Shown one piece after another: positions 1 to 9,347 of a stretch of DNA of 64,000 nucleotides. The position numbers and the translations under genes were made by a program. Where the stretch lies: positions 145 through 64,144 of IMG/VR virus record IMGVR_UViG_3300044982_000010, one strand, 5' to 3'. The notes beneath the pieces were generated by a model. That model worked only from the letters and a program-made list of their open reading frames with translations, ran no database searches and was not told the origin of the DNA. The DNA comes from a virus. Lineage: Duplodnaviria; Caudoviricetes. The number at the start of each line of letters is the position of its first letter. Position 1 is the first letter of the stretch.

Positions 1-119
1 GATATGATGCAGTTGGACATGGGTGCCATAGCCGATGATATGGACGCCTTGACCGATGCAGAGATGCAACGCCATCCAGAGCGGTTCCAATACCGGCACG
101 CGCCACGTGAGCAACAGAC

Positions 120-368
120 TTGCTTGTTTCGCCAAATCCTCCCCTTCATGCCGTGCTTGCCATGAACGCCTACGCCACCAAGCGCGCTGACGACATGCCG
201 ATGATGGCGACTGTGGTGCGCGAGCGCAAGTACCGCTACCGGGTGGTGATCAAGTTCACCAAGTCGCGCCGCATTTACTCCGATGAGTTGGTGTTCGCGC
301 GCACCGTCGCGCTGGCCAAGCGCCACATCCTCAAGATGTATCCGACCGTCAAGTTCAAGAAAGGATAA
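120..368 (+). CDS. Hypothetical early protein, basic (start uncertain)
   Basis: ORF in a tightly packed + strand chain, ending just before the RBS and start of the next ORF. Confidence 0.5.
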   Translation: MLVSPNPPLHAVLAMNAYATKRADDMPMMATVVRERKYRYRVVIKFTKSRRIYSDELVFARTVALAKRHILKMYPTVKFKKG

Positions 369-371
369 GCG

Positions 372-626
372 ATGAAGTCGCTTAAAGTGTTCAAGCTGCA
401 ACGCATCGAGCGCGCGATCACGAAGCGCGAACGCCGGGAAGAACTGGCGCTGCGCGAGGCGCGCATTAAAGCGGCGCTGGCGCTGCCGTTTGCCGAGGCG
501 CTGCCGCTGTTCCGTGAGGCGTGCAACGTGGACCCGAGCTTCGTGTTTCGTGACGACATCACCAGATGGTGCGCGCAGCACGCGAAGGAGATACTGGCGT
601 TTCATGAGGAGAGAAAGAAGGGATGA
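372..626 (+). CDS. Hypothetical early protein
   Basis: AAGGA RBS upstream; ATGA overlap with the next ORF. Confidence 0.7.
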   Translation: MKSLKVFKLQRIERAITKRERREELALREARIKAALALPFAEALPLFREACNVDPSFVFRDDITRWCAQHAKEILAFHEERKKG

Positions 627-901
627 CTAAGAATAACTTTACTGCGCTGGCGGCGGCGCTCAAGGCGACTAAGCCAACTGGTGACGCAGGATGGCTTGAG
701 CAATGGAACAACGACGTGATCGTGGTGATGAACATCTGCACCGTCATGAACCCGCGCTTCAACAAGGGCAAGTTCATCGCCGCCTGTGGCGTGCCGAACA
801 TTCTCGATGACGGTATTACTGCTGGGATGCGAAAAGGTGGTCGTCAACTATCACCAAAGCGACGATTGAATACAACTTACGCGTGTGTTGACAAGCGTTG
901 A
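623..901 (+). CDS. Hypothetical early protein
   Basis: Coupled start. NPRFNKGKFIAACG resembles a motif of small phage early proteins. Confidence 0.7.
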   Translation: MTKNNFTALAAALKATKPTGDAGWLEQWNNDVIVVMNICTVMNPRFNKGKFIAACGVPNILDDGITAGMRKGGRQLSPKRRLNTTYACVDKR

Positions 902-916
902 CAACCATGCTAGTAT
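888..916 (+). promoter_or_regulatory. Sigma70-type promoter
   Basis: TTGACA(888-893)-17 bp-TAGTAT(911-916). A palindrome copy lies at 937-952, just downstream. Confidence 0.75.
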
Positions 917-955
917 TCTGGTGTGGCAGTTTTTGCTAACTCAAGGGAGTAACGA

Positions 956-1216
956 ATGAACGACAGTACGTCGCGGGACGCGCTGATTGCGCGCAACCTG
1001 CGCTGGATTGAGAGCGAGGGGCTGCATCCTCGCGTCATTGACTATGCCAAGCAATACGCCAACCTGACGCATGGCGCGCTGAAGATCATGTCCGTCTACG
1101 AGACGGCGACCGACAGCGGTGACCCAGCGCAAGTGCGCCTCGCATGGGACGCGGTGATCCGCTACCTGCGCACCCTGAAGCCTGCCTTTGAGGAGAGCGG
1201 GCGCAAGGCGGCGTAA
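956..1216 (+). CDS. Hypothetical protein
   Basis: GGGAG RBS lies within the palindrome; 86 aa ORF. Confidence 0.75.
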   Translation: MNDSTSRDALIARNLRWIESEGLHPRVIDYAKQYANLTHGALKIMSVYETATDSGDPAQVRLAWDAVIRYLRTLKPAFEESGRKAA

Positions 1217-1366
1217 CGAACGTAGTCCGTCACCACCCCCCGTGACGGGCTGCTAGGGGCGGTGAGGCAATTCGTCATACGGTGCGTGTCGCTATGCGAT
1301 CACAATCCGACATTCGCAATCCTCACCGCCCCGCCTTTTCCCTCTAACCCACGAGAGTAAATACCG

Positions 1367-2482
1367 ATGAAGCTCAACCAACTGGAAGTCCGCTTGCCTG
1401 CGATGTACTACGCTGCATTGGAGGATGGCGGGCCATCGTATCTGGTCACCTCCGATCCCGGTCGAGGCAAGACCTCGATCTTTCGAAGGTTCAAGCGCAT
1501 TATGAAGCGCATTGATCCCGCCGCTAAGTGGGGCTTCGCGCTGATCAACGGAGCGAACTTCACCCTGATGACCGGCATGGGGTTCATGGTCCCGAGCAAG
1601 GACGCCAAGGGGCGCGAAGTCAGCAAGTTCCAACTGCCGTATTGGTATCACGACTACGACGAGCCTGACAAGACGCTCGATGAGTTCGACGGCGGCATCC
1701 TGCTGATCGATGAGTACGACAAGCTGGGGCTGGACGAGAAGAAGATCGTCGGCGAAGCGGCTCTGAGCAAGATGCTGGGCAATCATCGCTTGCCGCCCGG
1801 TTGGGTGGTGATGTTTGCGGGCAATCGGCTGACCAATCGTTCCGGCTCGACGCGCGATCTCGATCATATGATCATGCGGCGTATCTCGCTGGAAGTGACC
1901 GACGATGTGGAATGCACAGTCGAATACTTTCGTTCGATCAACGTGCTGCCCGAGGTGATCCAGTTCGCGGAGGAGAACCCGCAACTGTTGTTTGAGCCGC
2001 AGCCCGAGGATCAGCGGCCTCGTTGCAGCCCGCGCACGCTGCATCAAATCGACATCCACCTGCGCTCGTTGATGAGGGCGTTCGATACGGATCAAATCCC
2101 GACCGACCCGCTGACGCAAGAAGACATCACGGGCGGGATTGGCAAGTCTGCCTGCGCGCAACTGGTGAAAACCATACGCTTGGGTCAGGAGTTGAAGCCG
2201 TACGAGGAGTACATCAACAGCCCGAAGACGGTTACTCTGCCGAGTAAGCCCGACGCCCAACGGCTCTTGTCGTACAAGATCGCCGCACGGGTGAGCGTCA
2301 AGGACGCCAAGCCTGCGCTGGAGTTCATGGCCCGCATGCCCGAGGAGCATCAAGTCATGTTCGTGCGCATGGCGATCCAACGCAACTATCAACTGGCGTT
2401 CGAGCCGCATGTGGCCGAGTGGTGCGCCAAGAAGACGGCGCTGATCGCAGTCCTCAACCGGTATAAGGCCGAGAACAAGTGA
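1367..2482 (+). CDS. MoxR-like AAA+ ATPase
   Basis: Walker A SDPGRGKT, Walker B ILLIDE, sensor AGN and a later SPR motif; near a VWA gene. Confidence 0.85.
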   Translation: MKLNQLEVRLPAMYYAALEDGGPSYLVTSDPGRGKTSIFRRFKRIMKRIDPAAKWGFALINGANFTLMTGMGFMVPSKDAKGREVSKFQLPYWYHDYDEPDKTLDEFDGGILLIDEYDKLGLDEKKIVGEAALSKMLGNHRLPPGWVVMFAGNRLTNRSGSTRDLDHMIMRRISLEVTDDVECTVEYFRSINVLPEVIQFAEENPQLLFEPQPEDQRPRCSPRTLHQIDIHLRSLMRAFDTDQIPTDPLTQEDITGGIGKSACAQLVKTIRLGQELKPYEEYINSPKTVTLPSKPDAQRLLSYKIAARVSVKDAKPALEFMARMPEEHQVMFVRMAIQRNYQLAFEPHVAEWCAKKTALIAVLNRYKAENK

Positions 2483-2892
2483 GGGTCCATCGGCGGCGTG
2501 ATGCGTCCATCGACTTCGTAAGCAAAGATGGCGTGGAGTGGCTAGCAATCAATGCAACCCGCATGAAACTGCTCCACATCCCTCACCGCTCAATGCGCCA
2601 TCGGCGCTACGAGTTAAGTGTTGAACTCACTGAAATCAAAATGAAAGGTGACAAGATGCGCTGCGTATTCGAGACAAAGCTGGCCGTCGATATCGACGTG
2701 AATGATGACAAGCTCCGGTTGGCGTTCATCGAGATGGTGACTCAGACCGCCCGCAACATGTACGGCCCGACCGTGATGCTGGCGAAGAACGCGCCAGTCA
2801 TATCGCTGAGCATGACCACGCGATCCGGCAAGCAGGACATCCCGCTGTTCCCCGAGAACGTTACTCAGGAGAGTGACGATGACGAAACGTGA
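2479..2892 (+). CDS. Hypothetical protein (true start may be 2641 or 2656)
   Basis: ORF between the AAA and VWA genes, with phage-like codon usage in its 3' part. Confidence 0.55.
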   Translation: MRVHRRRDASIDFVSKDGVEWLAINATRMKLLHIPHRSMRHRRYELSVELTEIKMKGDKMRCVFETKLAVDIDVNDDKLRLAFIEMVTQTARNMYGPTVMLAKNAPVISLSMTTRSGKQDIPLFPENVTQESDDDET

Positions 2893-3056
2893 TCGTCAAG
2901 AGTTCGCAGGCTACCTGCGCAACTGCACCGACCGGCAGGTGGCTGGCGTCTGGCAGAAAGAACGTAAGGCGAAGCGTTGGGCATACGCTCGACTGGCTGA
3001 AACCGAAGCGTTGAAGCGAGGAATTAGCCTTTCCCTCTAACCCAAGAGAGTAAACA

Positions 3057-4460
3057 ATGCCGCTCGTTCAAACTGACATCAAGTCCCCGGTCGCTGGCGA
3101 CACCGGCAGGTGGAAGAAGCTGAGCCTCGACGCGATCCGCAACCAGCTATGGGCGGAAACCAAGGCTGGCATGCTGTGGGCTGTCCCTTCCTATGCCGAT
3201 ATTTGGTTGGCGATGATGGTGGATCGCGACGGCGAGCAGGCGTGGTTCACCGACCAAGTTGAAACCGCTGCGACCGACGACAAGTTCCTCTACATCAACA
3301 TGGAGTGGTTCTTTAAGCTCACGCTCGATGAGCGACTCTTTGTGGCGTGCCACGAGATCGCGCACGCGATGTATGGGCATGCCGGTCTGTTCTACATGCT
3401 GCAACTGGCTGGCGAGATACGTTACTCAGATGGGTTAGTGCTGCCAGCCAACGGCGAGATGCTCAACGTCGCTGCCGATTATGTGATCAACGATCAATTG
3501 GTGCAAGCCAAGATTGGCAAGATGCCTTCAGGCGGTTTGCATTGGCCGGGCATGATCAACGGCGACATGGGCGTGCTGGATGCGTATCGCATCTTGTACA
3601 AGATCAACAAGAGCCGCAAGCGCCGACCGGGTAATCAACCGGGTGATCAAGAGAGTGATCAACCGGGTGGGGGCAAGGTGGACGATGCGTGCAAGCGCAC
3701 CACCAAGGACGGCATACCGCAAGGCGAGGGCAGTGGCAAAGCCTTCGACAAAGTATTAAAGCCCGGTGGCGGTTCCGGCAAGAAGCCCAACAAGGCCATG
3801 TCGGAGAGATCGCAGGCCGAGTGGGACACGGCGGTCAACGCGGCGATGGAGAGCGCCAAGCTTCAGGGCAGGTTGCCCGCCAACTTGGAGCGGCTGTTTG
3901 TCAAGCGCTTGCAACCGAAAGCGGATTGGCGCGATCTCTATCGTCTCGCAGTCTCACGTAAAGTGGGCAACGATAGATACACATGGGATCGGCTAGAGCC
4001 GCAACTGATCTATCGCGGCATCGGCGCACCGGGGCGCTCTTCGTATGGTTGCAACATCATCGTGATCGTGGTCGATACTTCTGGATCGATTGACGAGAAT
4101 ACGTTCGCGGTGTTCATGGCCGAGACGACCTCGCTGCTGGAGCAGGCCAAGCCGAAGGCCATCGTGTTCGTCCAGTGCGACACCGACATCCAAGAGTGGG
4201 TGGAGATGGATGGGGTCAGCGATCTCTACCAATGCAAGCTCAAGATGGGCGGCGGCACCAGCTTCAAAGAGCCGTTCCAACGGATCAAGGATGAAGGGCT
4301 GGAGCCTGATCTGCTGGTGTACCTCACTGATCTGTATGGTGACCAAGAAGAGATCGCGCCGCCGAGCTACCCAGTGATCTGGGGCTGCATCAACGAGCGG
4401 AAGGCGACGTGGGGCGAAACGGTGCAAGTGCCAGCACAAACGGGAGAGGGATCGATCTGA
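3057..4460 (+). CDS. Metallopeptidase (HExxH) plus VWA domain protein, DUF2201-like
   Basis: TAATD...CHEIAH...N.AADYVIN peptidase signature; MIDAS DTSGS, GGGTSF and YLTDLYG. Confidence 0.88.
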   Translation: MPLVQTDIKSPVAGDTGRWKKLSLDAIRNQLWAETKAGMLWAVPSYADIWLAMMVDRDGEQAWFTDQVETAATDDKFLYINMEWFFKLTLDERLFVACHEIAHAMYGHAGLFYMLQLAGEIRYSDGLVLPANGEMLNVAADYVINDQLVQAKIGKMPSGGLHWPGMINGDMGVLDAYRILYKINKSRKRRPGNQPGDQESDQPGGGKVDDACKRTTKDGIPQGEGSGKAFDKVLKPGGGSGKKPNKAMSERSQAEWDTAVNAAMESAKLQGRLPANLERLFVKRLQPKADWRDLYRLAVSRKVGNDRYTWDRLEPQLIYRGIGAPGRSSYGCNIIVIVVDTSGSIDENTFAVFMAETTSLLEQAKPKAIVFVQCDTDIQEWVEMDGVSDLYQCKLKMGGGTSFKEPFQRIKDEGLEPDLLVYLTDLYGDQEEIAPPSYPVIWGCINERKATWGETVQVPAQTGEGSI

Positions 4461-4560
4461 GTTAGCTAGCAAGCTCAGATTGAAGGCGGGATGGATGGCG
4501 AGTGCGAGTCCGCGGAGCGTGCAGTGACCTGTTCATCCCGCCGCTAACTCAGGAGAGTAA

Positions 4561-5361
4561 GTGATGAGTGATAAGCCTCTCTTCAAGCTATGGCCACCGA
4601 CCACAACTATCACCTACGCCGATGCTGAAACGCGCGGCAAGCTGCGGCATTGGAAGAAGAAGCTGGCTGAGCGCTACGATGCGTTCGAAGCTGAGTATGC
4701 ACGCGCGGATCGCATGAGCGTCGTTGGCGACATGGTGCGCGGCAGCACCTCCACCCGCCAGCGCGCCTACCAGAAACTAAACAAGATGTTTGGCCCCGGC
4801 GCGGTCAACGAGGGCGTTACTCTCCAGAGAAACAAGTCGCTGGCGATTTGGTCTTATCTCAAGCCGCGCAACGCCGTCACCACTAAGACCAGCGATGATC
4901 TGAGCGAGGCTGAGCGCGCTTCGTTGATGCAGGACTGCGTGACGGTGAACTATGTCATTGCGGGCGTGATTGGCGCAAGGGTTTGTGCCGCAGACGGGTT
5001 GTGGACGTTGGAGGTTCCCGACCACGCGCTAGGCCGCGCCGTCGAGCGCAGCGGCTACCTCCAGCCCGAGGTGATCATCCGCGAAGCGCACATGAACCTG
5101 TTGTCGATGCCGGTGAGCCGGGTCAACGACATCCACTACATCAAGGCTGGGCCGGGATGCTTTGCGGGCGAGCTTATTGTCTCCGACAAGGAAGCGACCT
5201 ATCGCACCTCCATCCATGTGCGAGTGAAGACGTGGCTGGACGACAACATGATGGGCGACAACCAAGTGCCGATCACTGAAGTGGGGGCGCGAGGTCAGCG
5301 CTTGGGCGACAGCATCCTGCTGCCGCGTCCACTGTGGCTGCTTACTCAACGGAGTAAATAA
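4561..5361 (+). CDS. Hypothetical protein
   Basis: 266 aa ORF; AGGAG RBS supplied by the palindrome at 4545. Confidence 0.75.
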   Translation: MMSDKPLFKLWPPTTTITYADAETRGKLRHWKKKLAERYDAFEAEYARADRMSVVGDMVRGSTSTRQRAYQKLNKMFGPGAVNEGVTLQRNKSLAIWSYLKPRNAVTTKTSDDLSEAERASLMQDCVTVNYVIAGVIGARVCAADGLWTLEVPDHALGRAVERSGYLQPEVIIREAHMNLLSMPVSRVNDIHYIKAGPGCFAGELIVSDKEATYRTSIHVRVKTWLDDNMMGDNQVPITEVGARGQRLGDSILLPRPLWLLTQRSK

Positions 5362-5550
5362 ATGACCCTCGCTGAGTTCCTTGTCAAACGTCAAATGAAC
5401 CCAGAAACGTTTGCGGCGCAAGTCGGCGTGCATGCGACGACTATCTATCGGTTGTTGGCCTACCGTACGTTCCCCAAGAAACAGAACCTCAAACGCATTC
5501 TCGCTGCGACAGATGGCGAGGTTACGGTTACGGAGTTAATCCGGCTATGA
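5362..5550 (+). CDS. Cro/XRE-type HTH protein
   Basis: MTLAEFL...FAAQVGVHATTIYRLL...P...ILAATDGEVT is a typical Cro-like pattern. Confidence 0.8.
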   Translation: MTLAEFLVKRQMNPETFAAQVGVHATTIYRLLAYRTFPKKQNLKRILAATDGEVTVTELIRL

Positions 5551-5592
5551 CCCAAAGGGCTGGCTACGGTTGCCAGAAACACAGGAGTAAGC

Positions 5593-5790
5593 ATGTCAAC
5601 ACTCAGCCTTAATGCAGCTAACGTTTTCGAGCAATCGTTGACGGTTGACGAGATACGCAAAGCTATGGATGACGATGGCGCGGCGGAAAACCTGCACGAA
5701 AAGATCGAGCAGTGGCTTGACGAGGCGCAAGGGCTAGTGTTCACCAATGAACACAAGCGAAGTTATCTGGTGATCGAAATCACCAACTAA
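5593..5790 (+). CDS. Hypothetical acidic protein
   Basis: AGGAG RBS; 65 aa. Confidence 0.7.
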   Translation: MSTLSLNAANVFEQSLTVDEIRKAMDDDGAAENLHEKIEQWLDEAQGLVFTNEHKRSYLVIEITN

Positions 5791-5977
5791 GCTCCCTGCC
5801 AAGGGAACACTCTCGGCAGCGGGAGCGACGGCACCGGCTAGGTAGCGCCCCGTAGCTTACGGTAGAGCAGCGGGCAACGTGGAGCCTTCAAGATGGGGTT
5901 CGGGCCTTTGGCAGGGTCGCAGGCATAACTCCCGTGAAACCCCATAAACCGTCGCAACTAAAAACAAGAGACGACCA

Positions 5978-6826
5978 ATGAACACACATCTCGTGAGTTA
6001 CATCGACAAGAAGCTTGATGAGGCGGCTAACTTCGTCATCCGTTACATGCCGGTGAACATGCCGACCGACCGGATTTACGAAGACTTGGTGGGCGAGCCG
6101 CACGTGGCGGCGGCGTTCCGCGAAGCGGTCAAGTACCTGCCGCCATCGGCGCTCAACCGTCGTGCGATCCTCAAGCTGGGCGACCTGCTGCTCAACGTGT
6201 CGCTGCGGTTCGCTCCGACCGACGCCTATCCCGTGTTCCTGATGCCGAAGTATGATCTGGCGGTTACTCACGAGAGTGAGTTGGGGCAGTCGATGAGCAT
6301 GGCGATCCAAGTCACTCGCGAATGGGAGATGCTGATCAAGACGTGGGAGAAATTCAGAGAGGCCGCGCCTGATCCGCATACGCTTGGGTTCCTGTTCCCG
6401 TGGCTGCGCGAGATCATGCTCGACTTCCATGTCGGGCTGCTCGACGTGAGCATCAAGCGCAAAGCCGACCGTGAGAAGATCGAGCGCGAGGTGCGAGCGA
6501 TCCAACGGCGCTTCCCGCCCAAGAGCTTCCCACGTCTGAGCATCGAGCTTAACCGGGTATGCCAGTCGGGCAAGCGGTTGTTCGGGCAGTACCGGATGCT
6601 GGAGGCTTCAACCAAGGACACCGATCTGACCCGCGCCGCGCTCAGCATCGACCGGGTGACCAATCTAAGCCCGGCATGGTTGAACGAGCATATGGAAGAG
6701 TGCATTGCCGGTTGGTTTGAAGAGACAATGGCGATCACCCGGCAAGACGGCAGCGACATGACCGGGCGGCGGCGCAAGGCTTTCAAGGTCACCGTACCGT
6801 TCGTGACCCCACAGGAGAGAAGGTAA
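5978..6826 (+). CDS. Hypothetical protein
   Basis: 282 aa ORF; TAATG coupling to the next gene. Confidence 0.75.
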   Translation: MNTHLVSYIDKKLDEAANFVIRYMPVNMPTDRIYEDLVGEPHVAAAFREAVKYLPPSALNRRAILKLGDLLLNVSLRFAPTDAYPVFLMPKYDLAVTHESELGQSMSMAIQVTREWEMLIKTWEKFREAAPDPHTLGFLFPWLREIMLDFHVGLLDVSIKRKADREKIEREVRAIQRRFPPKSFPRLSIELNRVCQSGKRLFGQYRMLEASTKDTDLTRAALSIDRVTNLSPAWLNEHMEECIAGWFEETMAITRQDGSDMTGRRRKAFKVTVPFVTPQERR

Positions 6827-7137
6827 TGGCAGGTTTCACCTACAAGTCATACTCGTTTGTGGACAAAGACCCGATGATTGATCAGGTGCGGACAATCATT
6901 CTGGACAGCCACGACACTTATAAGCAAATAGCGGAGGCGAGTGGTGTCACCGAAGGCACCATACGCAATTGGCTGGACGGCGCAACGAAGAAACCGCAAG
7001 CCGCCACCTTCAACGCCGTGCTGCGAGCGTTGGGCTACAAACTTACTATCCGCCAGCTTGCTGAAGCTGAGACAGTCGCGCCAACTATCAGCATGCGTCA
7101 CGTGGTGCAGATGGCTAAATATCGGAAGCGCAAGTAA
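6826..7137 (+). CDS. XRE-family HTH protein
   Basis: YKQIAEASGVTEGTIRNWLDGATKKPQAATFNAVLRALG. Confidence 0.85.
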   Translation: MAGFTYKSYSFVDKDPMIDQVRTIILDSHDTYKQIAEASGVTEGTIRNWLDGATKKPQAATFNAVLRALGYKLTIRQLAEAETVAPTISMRHVVQMAKYRKRK

Positions 7138-7317
7138 CTCGGGAAAGTAAACAATGAGCGTGAACAATAAACGATCATACCCGTGTATTGAAGCACGCTT
7201 GAAGGAACTTGGCTACCTAGCGCGTGAACGCCAAAGGATCATCCACCGTGCGGCGAAGGGTTCTCCTAAGCATATCGAGTGGATCAGGCGCATGTATGTG
7301 CAACGCCATTGGAGAGC

Positions 7318-7794
7318 ATGATGCCGGTAAAATTTAAGGTCGGGTTCACCATCGACGCGCAGACGCTGTTCGCCATGATGTCCAAGCTTCTGCCGGTGGA
7401 CGACGTGACGGTGGAAGAACTGATCGAGCGCCCGCTGCCGTCCGACAGGCTGGTGCTACAACCTGTACCACCCGGCGCAATGGCGATCCTCAATGCCGCC
7501 AAGCAACAAACCAAGGCTAGGCTCAAGCCCAAACAATACAAGCGCCTACCGCGCAAACCTTTGGACTTGCATGCAGGGATAAATAGGATCATTATGGAGG
7601 CGTTGTCGGACGGCTTTGCGCACCGCTCTGTGGACTTTAAGTCGCTGCTCAAGAAGGGCGGCTACTCCGAGAACTCAGTTGGCTCACGGCTTCAGAACCT
7701 GCGCGAGCATGGCGTAGTCGAACAGATGGGTGACGGCACGTGGAGATTGGCAAACTTCCCCGCAACCGCCACGACCGGGGCTGGCCGCGAGTAG
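7318..7794 (+). CDS. Protein with putative C-terminal winged helix
   Basis: C-terminal IMEALSDG...YSENSVGSRLQNLREHGVVEQMGDGTWRL; GGAG RBS before 7318. Confidence 0.6.
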   Translation: MMPVKFKVGFTIDAQTLFAMMSKLLPVDDVTVEELIERPLPSDRLVLQPVPPGAMAILNAAKQQTKARLKPKQYKRLPRKPLDLHAGINRIIMEALSDGFAHRSVDFKSLLKKGGYSENSVGSRLQNLREHGVVEQMGDGTWRLANFPATATTGAGRE

Positions 7795-7917
7795 AGGTGA
7801 TCACGTTTGTTGTCGAGACTGATCAAAGCTGGCGCTTCTGCATTGAGCCAATGGGTTGGCGCGATGCTATATGGGAGCGTAGCGGTTACGTGGAAATTAT
7901 TGTTTGGAAACCGATCC

Positions 7918-8208
7918 ATGTTAAGAGTACAACGTAAGGCATGCGCCACCTGCGTCTACCGCGACGATAGCCCTATCAACGTGGCGGCGTTGGAGGCGCG
8001 CGTGCGCGATCCCTGTGGTGATTTCACCACATATCGTGTCTGCCATCACTCCGAGAATGCGTGCTGCCGTGGCTTCTGGAACCGGCATAAGTGGAAGTTC
8101 CCGCTTGGGCAGATTGCTCAGCGCCTGAAGATGGTCGAGTACGTGGACGACCACGAGGTCACTCAGGTGAGTAAGGATGTGGCCAAGATGTTCAAGGACA
8201 AGACATGA
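7918..8208 (+). CDS. Small Cys-rich protein
   Basis: CATC...CHH...CCRG putative metal-binding pattern. Confidence 0.65.
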   Translation: MLRVQRKACATCVYRDDSPINVAALEARVRDPCGDFTTYRVCHHSENACCRGFWNRHKWKFPLGQIAQRLKMVEYVDDHEVTQVSKDVAKMFKDKT

Positions 8209-8369
8209 TCAGTTGGATCATAGCCGGGGTATGGATCGGGTTCGTGCTTGGCTATGTCGCCTACCACGTCGGCTACTGGCGCGGCTACAAGGGCGGGCTG
8301 GCGTATGGCATGGATAAGCTAGCGGACTACCACGAGTATACGATAAAGAACTTGCGGGGCTTGAAGTAA
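8205..8369 (+). CDS. Small membrane protein (54 aa, not in ORF track)
   Basis: MISWIIAGVWIGFVLGYVAY...; coupled on both sides (ATGA and TAATG). Confidence 0.6.
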   Translation: MISWIIAGVWIGFVLGYVAYHVGYWRGYKGGLAYGMDKLADYHEYTIKNLRGLK

Positions 8370-8656
8370 TGCGCGATAGCCGGGTGCCGCCATCGAAGTG
8401 CTTAAACTGCGGTAAGCTCATGGATGCGGCGACAGATATCGAGAGCAACCATGTTCCGACGCCCGGCAGCATTGGCATATGCATGTATTACATGCACGTG
8501 ATGGCGTACGCGGACGACCTGACGCTGCGAGAACCAAACGACGAAGAGATCAAGGAGCTAGCCGGTCACCCGGAATTGTTGAAGCATATGAAGATGCTGG
8601 GTAGCTTTCACCAATGGAGGAAGTTGCGAAATGCCGCGAAAAAGAAAGCACCATGA
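8369..8656 (+). CDS. Hypothetical zinc-ribbon-like protein
   Basis: CLNCG...P.PGSIGIC. Confidence 0.65.
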   Translation: MRDSRVPPSKCLNCGKLMDAATDIESNHVPTPGSIGICMYYMHVMAYADDLTLREPNDEEIKELAGHPELLKHMKMLGSFHQWRKLRNAAKKKAP

Positions 8657-8927
8657 GACTTGCCCTTCGTGCGCGTTCATCCACGCGTACCGGCTCAAGT
8701 ACGGCAAGCACCGGCACGACGAGAAGCCGTTCAACCATATGGTGCATAGCGCCATCAAGATCGCTGCTATCGTCCTCTCCAAGCTGGAGAACGAACAGAA
8801 GGCGAAGTTCATCGCCAACATGCTGGCGTATGCGGCGCATCTTGAAGGGAAGGACGTGGGCGGCGTCCTCATTAAAGATGGTGAGGTGATCACGCCGTCC
8901 GAGGCCAAGGAGCCGACCAAGCATTAG
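8631..8927 (+). CDS. Hypothetical protein
   Basis: GGAGG upstream; CPSC motif. Confidence 0.6.
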   Translation: MPRKRKHHETCPSCAFIHAYRLKYGKHRHDEKPFNHMVHSAIKIAAIVLSKLENEQKAKFIANMLAYAAHLEGKDVGGVLIKDGEVITPSEAKEPTKH

Positions 8928-8928
8928 C

Positions 8929-9333
8929 ATGAGCAGCAACATCCCAGAGTATCATTCGTGGCAGATGATGAAGAACCGTTGCCTTAACCCCAATGCTGTA
9001 GACTATGCCTATTATGGCGGGCGCGGGGTTACGATTGATCCGCGTTGGCATTACTTCATGTTCTTCTTTGCCGACATGGGGCGACGACCAACACCTAAGC
9101 ATACGCTTGAACGTAAGAACAATGCGCTTGGTTACTCAGCGAGTAACTGTTGTTGGGCGACACGAGAGACGCAAGCTCGTAACCGACCATACAATACACT
9201 CGATATGGCGCTCGCTAATCAGATACGGGCGCTCTACGCTACGGGGCAATATCGGCAGGTTGATCTTGCCCGCCAGTTTGGCTGCACGCAAGTGCTTATC
9301 TCTCAGGTCGTACGTCGCCTCATCTGGCGATAG
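8929..9333 (+). CDS. HNH-type homing endonuclease with C-terminal HTH
   Basis: YHSWQMMKNRC...YGGRGV...W...TLERKNN..GY...NCCWAT...Q..N. Confidence 0.85.
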   Translation: MSSNIPEYHSWQMMKNRCLNPNAVDYAYYGGRGVTIDPRWHYFMFFFADMGRRPTPKHTLERKNNALGYSASNCCWATRETQARNRPYNTLDMALANQIRALYATGQYRQVDLARQFGCTQVLISQVVRRLIWR

Positions 9334-9347
9334 AAAGGCGGTGGAAT

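Noticed and set aside
5846-5935. tRNA-like start (GCCCCGTAGCTTACGGTAGAGCA...GGTTCG)
   Set aside because: A D-arm can be drawn, but I could not form an anticodon stem, a canonical T-arm or an acceptor stem. At most a degenerate remnant; tRNAscan-SE or ARAGORN would settle it.
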